DNA from: Spirogloea muscicola
Lineage: Eukaryota
DNA: 48,310 nucleotides
Direction of reading: 5' to 3'
Assembly: GCA_009602725.1 (NCBI GenBank)
Contig: WELB01000009.1
Coordinates: 464,466 to 512,775 of the forward strand
Shown here: positions 13,373 through 22,677 of the stretch, piece by piece
How the letters are laid out: every line of letters begins with the position of its first letter
Numbering within the stretch: the stretch's first letter is position 1
The notes under the pieces: model-generated
Told to the model about the DNA's origin: nothing
Database searches by the model: none
Seen by the model: the letters and a program-made list of their open reading frames with translations, nothing else
Made by a program: the position numbers and the translations under genes

Positions 13373-13562
13373 CCTGCTATATTTGCTGCCTCACTCCTCC
13401 TCTAGCAGCTCCAGCAGGACAGGATGTCAAGGCCCCAATCGTGGCACAGCCCCCTTTCACAGCCCTCTTCCCCCCCCCCACCCCTCCATTCCTCCTGGCA
13501 CTGCTGCTGCCTCACTCCACTAGCAGCTCCAATAGCTGCTAGATGCTAGCTGCTACGTCATA

Positions 13563-13626
13563 AGATGTGCTTACCTTTGTGCTTGGCCATACTGGCCTTC
13601 GATTGTTTCAAACACACGAAATTCTA
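13563..13626 (+). mobile_element. Family A extreme 3' UTR fragment
   Basis: AGATGTGCTTACCTTTGTGCTTGGCCATACTGGCCTTCGATTGTTTCAAACACACGAAATTCT closely matches 36148-36209. Confidence 0.75.
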
Positions 13627-14298
13627 TCCTTGCGAGCGGCGGACCCAAGGAGCCACCGGCGCTTTGGCGCGCGCCTCTCTCCGTGCTCGAATCGGCATTT
13701 ATTATGTTTCTTCCTCATGCGCACCGCGCGCCCTCTTCTCTGGCGATGTCAGGATCCGTCGTGTTGCCCACCGTGCCCGCGGCTTGCCCCGTGCCCACGG
13801 CCGTCACGATGCAGGAACCACTCGGTCCGTCATCTCCCAACAAGCGGCCGCGAGCGGCTGCGAAGCATCCCCCGGGCCTCGCCCCGTCGCAAAGTGTCAC
13901 CTCCAACGTCAGCAGCCGCTTGTCCACCGTCGGAGCTGACACTTCGGGCCTGGCAGCAAAGCCCTGAACCTGAGCCGCGCACTTCACCTTCAGCCACCCC
14001 AGCCCGCGCGAGGCGCCGCTCTTTCCGCCGCCGCCGCCGCCGCCGCCGCAGCAGCAACGCCGCAGCAGGACGCCTACGCTCCTGAGAGTCCTCGCTTTCT
14101 CAGAGCGCTGGCTGCGGCCCCTGCGACGACTGCGCCGAGCGGCGCCGTAGCCCGGTGCCAGGCCCGGCGGGCTGGCCGCCAACCGTAAGGGCCTCCGCCA
14201 GCATTCGCAGCGGCGCCGTTAGGACAGGACCTCGACGCGCGTCGTGTCCGGCGCGCCGCTTTCGCCGCCTGCCGGCGCCGCCGCTGCCTGCCGGCGCC

Positions 14299-16035
14299 AT
14301 GCGGAAGCTGAAGTTCCACGAGCAGAAGCTGCTGAAGAAGGTCAACTTCCTGCAGTGGAAGAACGAGCACAATTTGCGGGAGGTGCAGGCCCTGCGGCGC
14401 TACCACATAACGGACCGCGACGACTACAAGAAGTGAGTCTCCCCGGGCTTGGCTTGGCCCCACCTTCCCTCCCCAGGCCAGCGCAATGGATATAGAGTGG
14501 CTGGCTGCTCTCAGCAGCCTCAGTCATCGACGGTAGTGCCACCCCGACTCGACGCTACCAAAGCAAACACGACCCCACACATTCCCAGTCATACCGAGCT
14601 TCCAGGGCCTAAGTTAGGGTACAGACGGAGTGAGGAGGAGACATGGTTCAGACGGAGTGAGGTGGAGACATCTTCAGGTTTACTGAGTTCCATCAGGACA
14701 GATGGAACTTCGGGTGGATTGCCATGCATCGAGGCTTGATAGGCGTTATTGCTGCTACAGAAGCGGTTGTGCACAATCCATTATGGGGCAGCCTGTGAAG
14801 CACCTTCAGTTGCCGTCTTCCAGGTACAACAAGCTCTGCGGCATGGTGACCAAGCTTGTGAGCGTGGTGAAGAAGTTGGACCCCAAGGACCCCTTCCGCA
14901 TCGAGATGACGGACCAGCTGCTAGAGAGGCTGTACGTTCTTATTTTAGGCACGGAATATCTCACAGAAAAGCCTCAGGCTTTTGCTGTGTGTTTGACAGC
15001 TTCAGAAGTAGAATAGGGGTGTTCTATATTGGTTTCCCAGAAGAGAAGCAGCATAAGCGTTGTCCATGGAGCCTTGCCTGGCTCCAACCACTCTGTCATT
15101 GCTGTAATTCCAGGTCCTGTTTTGTTCGAGTGTAGAAGAAGGACATATCTCTTCTCTTATCCTCTTCGAGGATCTCTTGTGCAGTCAATGCCTCGTCTAT
15201 TCTCATTTCCTTGATCATAAGCTCCACATATTTTGCTGCAGGTACAACATGGGTATTATTCCAACGAAAAAAAGCTTGGCGCTTTGTGACAAGCTTTCAA
15301 CCTCGTCCTTCTGCAGGTAGGAACATGATCTCTTGGAGTAGTCAGTGGGGTGATCATGCCAAGGAATTGTCCAGTTGTATTAGCATATGCCTGAGAGGCC
15401 ATACTTTGAGTAGTGCTTGTGCAGGAGGTGTGTTGGCACTACAGGAGAATTTGGGCTTCTGCTGCCATGCCTTTCGCTTCTTTGAAAGCCAGTCAGTACG
15501 GTGTTCACATTCATTATGTTCTTGAGCAGGAGTGAGATTTTGACTTGCTTGTTGCTTTCACAGGAGGAGACTGGCAGTTGTGATGGTTCGCTTGAAATTT
15601 GCCGAGACTATGCGAGAAGCAGTCACATTCGTTGAGCAAGGCCGTATCCCGCCTCCACATTCCGAGTACTTGACCTGAATTTTATGTATTTCTACCAGGG
15701 TCTTTGTCTTGCATGAGCTGCAGCTGCTTAACCTGCACATTTCTCGAATTCAATTTGATTCACTCTCGATGGTGAGTGTTGAGAAGCGTAGGTATCTTTC
15801 CAAGCAAGTTCCCCTACCCTTAATCTGGCCATTGCTCGAGCGATTCCCAACCTGCCTGCTCTTATCCTTGACATCAACATCAGACATTCGCGTTGGGCCA
15901 GAGACGGTCACAGACCCAGCTTTTCTGGTCACTCGCAACATGGAAGATTTTGTCACCTGGGTTGACACATCCAAGATCAAGCGCAAGGTGCTCAAATACA
16001 ATGACCGGCTGGACGATTTTGACCTTCTTGAGTAG
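14299..16035 (+). CDS. IMP3: U3 snoRNP protein IMP3 (S4 domain)
   Basis: Exons 14299-14432, 14824-14931, 15242-15316, 15564-15643 and 15884-16035 give [21 protein letters not shown]...[41 protein letters not shown]...DDFDLLE*. Confidence 0.97.
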
Positions 16036-17359
16036 GACAGGCTGCTGGTGAAGCACCACAGTATGTCGGCTGCTCTCACTACCCCACAATCAGCCCGGCA
16101 GATTGGGCAACAAAGGCTCCTTCATCCATTCAACCTGCAGGCAAGTTCTGCACCTGCAAACCCCTGTGACCCTCACAGAGCCTTGTACATGGTAGCACGG
16201 TGCTAGTTCAGCTCTTGACCAGATATATCAATTTCATGCAAGTATGGTGCTGCATGAAAACAATGATAGCGGTGTTGAGGCAAGAGAACCAGGTACCTTC
16301 CAGCACATTAGCGTACTTGATTGTGCACTTTACAACCATATGCAAAGCAGTCATCATTGACAACGTGCTGGTTGGGTGATCTAGGCGGTGAGCACATGGT
16401 GATGGACCTCCATCTATCCACATGTTGTCCCAACGACGTGGCTAATATGGGGCAGCTTGTTTTCCTGAGGAAGCACCCCCCCTCCCCCCCCCCCTCCCCT
16501 CACCGAATTCCAAACTCCTTATGTGGCTGTGCATTAGTACTAGATCAAATACCTGCAAAAGCTGCACCCCGGATCCAGAGGGCAGTATCTCGGCTTCTCA
16601 TATATTACATTGCCCGGTTACCTGTCTAGCTAAACATAGCTGAACACTCTCTATATTGACCATGTTGACTCATTGCTTAGCTAATGGAGGTGAATATGGC
16701 ACTATACGTGCAACGATCTTCCCTTATATTCTGGACATAAAGTGGAGGTCACATACACATTGCGGCCTAGTATCTGCCATCGCTAACATCATTTGCCGAT
16801 GCTTGAGGTCTCACAGTGCCTCGTGCTCTCGCCCTAGCTCACCAGCAGCCACGGCCTAAGGGCCTGGTGGGAGTTTGACTGCGGCGCCCTCTTGCAGCTG
16901 CAGATTGTGGCACTGAGAGCTGTGGTTCACCACTGGCACACACTCACTTTTGCGGCTGAAAGGCGAGAATTACAGGTTCTACTAAAAGCAGGCGCTCGCT
17001 TGAAAGGCCAACCTGAAGAGACTGGATAAGACTCAGAGAGATTGCCAAAAGAAATCACACAATACCTAGGCAAAAGCAAAGGGTATGGCAAATCTAGTGA
17101 TTTTTACGGTCGGTCACTTGGTGACCCATGGTCGACAAGGCACGAATGCACTAGCGGGAGGGCAATTGAGGCTCTTTCAAAGATGAGAAAGTGTCTGTGA
17201 GACGCTGGCTCACTAAAGAGAGGAAGACTCTTCCAGTGAGGGCTCACAAAGGAATGGAAGGGGTGCTTTTCCCCCGTCCAACCATTGGGCCGGTGTCTGC
17301 CCTTCTTTAGCCCACTGTACCTCGAGGCTCCCCTTCCCCTTCCCCTTTCTTCCATACCC

Positions 17360-17706
17360 TACTCGAGAACATAGCGAGTCTGGGATATGCACGACGCGAG
17401 GATATGCTCCCAGCCCAGATGGGTATGCCGGCAGCCTATCTGTCATTTCTGCGACGTCGAGTGTCAACCTGTCTGCAACGAGCTCAGGCGTATGCTCTGC
17501 ATCAGAAAGCTGGTCGAGCCTTAGCTGCTGGCACAAGAGCTAGTCGATTGCCGTCCGGTATTCGAGCATCAGCTAGCGACCTCTATATGCTGACTCGTGG
17601 TTACTGAGCGGGTCAGCTTAGCAGCAGGTGACGTACATTTGTCCAATGTGCTTGCCTTTGTACTTGGCCACACATGGCCTCCCCATCTCTTAATATACAC
17701 GCATTC
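17360..17706 (+). mobile_element. Family A 5'-truncated copy (ORF C-terminus and 3' UTR)
   Basis: ORF 17404-17607 YLSFLRRRVSTCLQRAQAYALHQKAGRALAAGTRASRLP...SDLYMLTRGY*, followed by a UTR whose segment 17641-17705 is identical to the reverse complement of 35839-35903. 5' boundary approximate. Confidence 0.85.
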
Positions 17707-17799
17707 CTTCGTAGACTGACGTTCCCCGAGCGCTCCCCTTCTGAAAGACTCCCTCTTCTCCCTCTCTCTCCTCCATCTTCATTGGATTTGCACCCCGCG

Positions 17800-17896
17800 G
17801 ATTTTCACGTTTGTAGGCCCCTCCGAACCTTTGTCAACTCTTTTTGGGCTGGCTTTTCGCATCCCTTGCCCCTATTGGGAGTGCCACTTCTTCTTT
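17800..17896 (+). mobile_element. Family B 97-bp insertion with 15-bp target-site duplication
   Basis: Perfect direct repeat GATTTGCACCCCGCG at 17785-17799 and 17897-17911 flanks the family B core. Confidence 0.85.
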
Positions 17897-17997
17897 GATT
17901 TGCACCCCGCGCGCCGCGCCTTCGCTGAGCTGACACCCCTAAGCAGTATGTCGGCCAGCCAATACTTGTGATAGGTTGATCAATCCACAATTATTTG

Positions 17998-18116
17998 TGA
18001 TACGATCATACCAGGGCCACTACACCGGATCCCATCAGAACTCCGCAGTTAAGCTCCCTTGGGCGAGAATAGTACTGGGATGGGTGACCTCCCGGGAAGT
18101 CCTCGTGTCGTATCCA
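17998..18116 (+). rRNA. 5S rRNA gene (solitary copy)
   Basis: 119 nt: GATACGATCATACCAGGGCCACTACACCGGATCCCATCAGAACTCCGCAGTTAAGC...AGTACTGGGATGGGTGACCTCCCGGGAAGTCCTCGTGTCGTATCCA. A box, intermediate element and C box are recognisable; helix I GATACGA/TCGTATC; TTTT Pol III terminator at 18122-18125. Confidence 0.95.
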
Positions 18117-21100
18117 CAACATTTTGCCTAGGCTAATACGCCCTTCCCCCTNCCCTCCCCCCTGCAGGGCCCTTCCATTATGCGCTGATTTTAAGCGATG
18201 AAACAGCCGCCCCTTTCAGACATTGCCCGTTCCTTTCAGGCCGCGCTGTCTTCTTTCAGGCTGAGCTTTACACAGCCCTCGCCCACATTGGATAAGTTAG
18301 CTTCCGAAAAGCTGCCAGTCCTTCTCTGTAAGCCATGCGCCATGTGCTTCGGATCGTCGCTCCGGAGAGATCGTGCCTAGCATGGCGCGGTTCTGCAGCT
18401 GCCGCCGCTCCACTATGCCGCCTCCTTGCTCTGGCCAGGACAGGTGTGAAGCTCTGGGAGGAGCGACTTGAGTACAGGAATCTGTCGGCGGACTGCAACT
18501 GAGGAAGTCTGTGCGTTACCTCTTCATGCGCCCCGCGCGCCTTCTCTCTCCATGGAGCAAGGGAACAGCTGGACTTGGAGACATAGCTGCCTACTGCGCC
18601 GGCCCTGGTCGGGCTACGCTTTGACGACGACACAACTTAGTGCCGGGCAACAGTGCTGAGGTGTCCACCAGGCTTCTAAATAGCTTGTGGCAGACTGACA
18701 TTCATGAGTCGTAGACTACCACCAGTGGCAGCCCCAACCTTCATCTTCTGGTCAGGAGGTTGCAGGTGGCTACTGCGAGTCTGCCTACATGGCCATGGAC
18801 CACAAGTACAACCTGCTAGCATCTGTTGCCCAGTCATTGAAGGCCCGAGTAGAGGCAGGAGGAAGGCAGCTGGAAGAGGCACAAGCCCAGGTTAGACGAC
18901 AATATTCGTGATATCGAATGTGAATGCCTGAAGCTGATTGGCTGCTAGGTTTTTCCTTTACGATATTTTGCTGCTATGATAGCAGCCTACCAATCGTGCA
19001 TTGTCCATAGGAGGGATGATCAGTAACAAAACTCTGCCTCAGAAGTTTTTGCTGTGGTCCAAGCAGAACATATGACCTGTTTTCTAGATGGATTTCATCT
19101 GTCCAGGATCTGCTACACACTGTCATTTGAGACAAAGATGTAGATCAAGGATCACAGCTTTACTATGCCGTGTGTTTCTTACATGGTGTCCTACCTCATG
19201 GTGCAGGTAGAGAAGAGGAAGGAATTACTGCTGTCATCCTGCCACGTGATGACAGTGAGCACATCATGGCCCCGTTGAGAGCTCATTGCACAGAACAGAA
19301 GTAGTCTTCTGAATTCTCGGAAGGGTGGGGCACTACAGCTGCTGGAACTTTGGCAACTACATATCTAGCAGATTCTTTTCTCTAATACAGGCTGGCCTTG
19401 CACATGGCAGCAAAGTGCTGAGCGCCAAGCCTGCTGCCAGCTGGAATTACCCGAAGGTGCAGCCCTGAAAGTTTTGGAAGTAATGGACACTGAGCAGCAT
19501 GTAGTTGGAGACACACTTGCCATTGCCATGCGTCTGCAGAGCTGCCTTCCAAAGTATGACAGGCTTACCATAAACAACTTGGCACAGCCTTCGATTTGCA
19601 CAACAGTTTAGAGCTTAGCTGCAACTCAGATAGCAAAGCGCAGCATATGTATCTAGGCTAGTAGCAAACTCCATCTGTGGTCCTGCTTCTGGTGCAGCGC
19701 TCCAATTGTGTACAAGTCAATGTGACAAAGGCCAGTAGCATATGTTACATGGATTTTTTGGACATGCAAATGCCAGTATGACGGCTCTGACAAGGGCGTA
19801 GGGGATGCAGGCAGTATCAGCTTGCAACTGTGTACCTGCTGCCCACTTGTCATCAAGGGCCAGCAACATGTCGCTCATCAGGACAACCAATTTGCAACCT
19901 CCAGCAGCCAGACTTCAATGTTGTGCTCTCCGTGCCAATCAGTGCAGTGCGGGGGCTTGACAACCCCATGTCTGTCAATACTCTTGTAGTGGCGTCGATT
20001 CAACTCAAGGATTGCTCTGAAGGAGTCAAAACGCTAGGTGGAGATATAAGGACGCAAGTCGTGCATGCTATTCAAGCTCTACCTTCAATTGACGTCCACA
20101 TCCAACAGCTTTTACAGCCACTGCTTCCATCCCAAGTCCCAAGTACATGCTGGCAAGGTGCAGTGTAGCTCAGGTTGTGCATTCGTAAATTTCCACATGA
20201 AAGCCCAGTGCTCGGCTGCTTGCATGTTGGCAGAATGATGTGGCCTTACACAACTACAGCTCTTGCATCTGGCCTTGCGGTGGGTCAGCTGCTGTCAGAT
20301 CGGACCTTCTCGTGTCAGCGATTGGAGAAGCTTCCTTGCCAACCGCACTTGATGAGATCATCACGTGCGCACTCCACATGGATCACAGGCCAGCTCGCTA
20401 TGCACCAGTTTGTGTGGTAGGCCCCTCTGATTTAGCATGAAGACCAGATGTGCTGTTGTTTGCTTGCTTCATTTAGACAATGTATGTTATATGATTCTCA
20501 CGGTAGCAGCTTGTCCTGTACTCCTGGGCCTCAGTGCGACATTCTCTTGCCCAGCTTCGGCGAGCACTGCAGCAATGATACAGTATATGCGCATGCTTGT
20601 CACTGTTGCTGTTATTGGCTAGGCTGGCAGCAATGCTCACAGGTTGTAAGACTCCTTCCCTCTTGGCAGGGCCAATTGGGCCTGGTTGCAAAACAGGGCA
20701 GCCCATGTGCAGACGCAACTTTGACAATCCTCAACCATGTTGCACACCTCAGCATTCGCGCAATGGACAAGGACTGGCTTGCTATTTTGCAGCAGTCGGT
20801 CTTCTTCGAGCTACCACCCGGTACGCAGATCTTGGAGGCTTCTTTGCCTTCATATGCAAACACATCTGAGTCCCATGACAAACAAACTGTAAGGACATTG
20901 TGTGCAAAATTATTGGACGCTTTGTGGAACCAACATGAAGTAATATGTCAGCTGTGGACTACTGACTTGCCAGCTTGTCATGCTGCACACCAGGTTGCCA
21001 TATGTCAACTGACAATACCAGCCTGGGGGCACTCAGCGCATCAGCAGCCTTTGCAGTTGCCCTCCTTGAGGAAGTGGATGCTTCAGACCAGCTCACTGAG

Positions 21101-22284
21101 CAAAGCGGCTTGTCGGCACATTGCTGGCGACAAAGACAGAACCTGATGCTTGCAAAGGCAAGGACGGATGCTCTTTGTATGCAGCTCCTTAGGTTCTTGA
21201 GACCCCACTTGGATCCACGGTTGAGCACTTGACAACTGCAAGTTGACTCATAATGAGCACATAACCTCCTCATCATGTGATGTGGAGCCTTCTCATCTCA
21301 AGGAACCTCTCATCTGACTGCGGTCTCCCGGCCCATTCCAGCAGCTTCAACTTCATCACTACATGTGCAGCTCCACTCGGCTACGCCGCAAGAGTGGGCC
21401 TTTGTCACTACTCGTGATGCTGGTGCATCGCTTCGCGGGCGCCAGCTTGCTGCTCAGACTCTCCTTCTGTTGTGGTCATTGTATGTGGGCCCTCATGTAC
21501 CAGTTTGCACTTTTGCAGGGTTGTGGTGATTGGTGAAATAGGCTTTGGGTGGCCAGTGCAAGAGGAACTGCTATGAGCTGGGCGAAAGGGCTTCATTCTG
21601 TTCCTCTTTATTCTTATGTGGCCATGTCCTCACATTCACTGTTCATATAGGAGCCCAATCTCCTCATTGCTGGAGGCGAGGGCGCGCCAGTGACCAGCTT
21701 GTACCCTATAAGGGGCTTAAAGGCCTCAAGGATAAGAGGGGCTGGCCACTCCTCTCCGGTGCCCCCAACACGGAGGTTAGGGGGAGCACGCAGAGAGCTG
21801 TCATTGTTGGCCGTAGGGAGAAAGTGCTTGCAGATGTTAGGAGAGCAGCTGTGGAGGCCAGCCAAATGCTTACAAGGATGGGTCAGGGTGGGTACTTTAC
21901 GACTACAGGCCAAAGAGGGCGCTCAGTTTTCCCTCGCAGCAAAATGAAGGAGCATGCTGAGAGGGGGATTTGTGAGTACCGCTACAAGCCAGAGGCAGCT
22001 GCGAAAGCTTGACCCATGTGATGCAACAGTGGAGACAGTGGGAGCAGTGGGGACACGGATGCCCAGTCCATAGACACCAGCCCCAACTGCACGATGCCCC
22101 AGGAGGCTTTGCACCCTGCTTGAAGCATCAGAACCCCGTAAGTCAAACAGGCGTCACCGCAAGGCTCCTTGGAGCAACGTAGGTACCCAATCCCCGTGCC
22201 CCATACAGTGCACCTTGCAGAAGGTCGTGAGAGTCACTCGACCGAATGCTCTGGGCACTGTGAAGCATGTTCATCCTTATCCTC

Positions 22285-22545
22285 ATTGTAGCCTCCTTCG
22301 TATTGGGTCGACGCCTTGGCCAAGTGCAGGGTAAGCATACACAGCGAGTGCGAGTGCCAGGCCTGCTTGCAAGTGCACGGCTTGAGCTTTGTAACGCTGG
22401 AAGGAGGCAAGCATAGACAAGGCCCGTCTAAGTGCTGACTCGTGGTTCCTGAGCGGGTCAAGCCTAGCAGCAGGTGATGTACATCTGTCGATGTGCTTGC
22501 CGTGGTACTTGGTCACTGGGGCCCTCCATCACTCAATGCAGTGCA
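22285..22545 (+). mobile_element. Degenerate family A 3' end
   Basis: GCTGACTCGTGGTTCCTGAGCGGGTCAAGCCTAGCAGCAGGTGATGTACATCTGTCGATGTGCTTGCC matches 17590-17657. 5' boundary uncertain. Confidence 0.75.
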
Positions 22546-22677
22546 GTGCATAGTCCCCTTGGCACATTCTGCTCAATTTGGCGTTAAGCAGCTGGAAATT
22601 GTTGGGAATGCTATAATCCTAAATCGCTCTGTCTGTGGGACGCCGCCGCCGCCGCTGCCGTCGCCGCCGCCGCCGCC

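Noticed and set aside
12821..13670. E2F-like TTTGGCGC (12821, 13663) and MSA-like AACGG sites between DRP1 and IMP3
   Set aside because: Short motifs expected by chance in GC-rich DNA; no conservation data.
16866..16888. GGTGGGAGTTTGACTGCGGCG resembling an LSU rRNA segment
   Set aside because: Only about 20 nt with mismatches, and the flanks are not rRNA-like.
17996..18118. 5S bounded by TGT...ACA as a Cassandra/TRIM solo LTR
   Set aside because: The unit is just a full-length 5S with its terminator; no second LTR, PBS, PPT or 5-bp TSD is visible.
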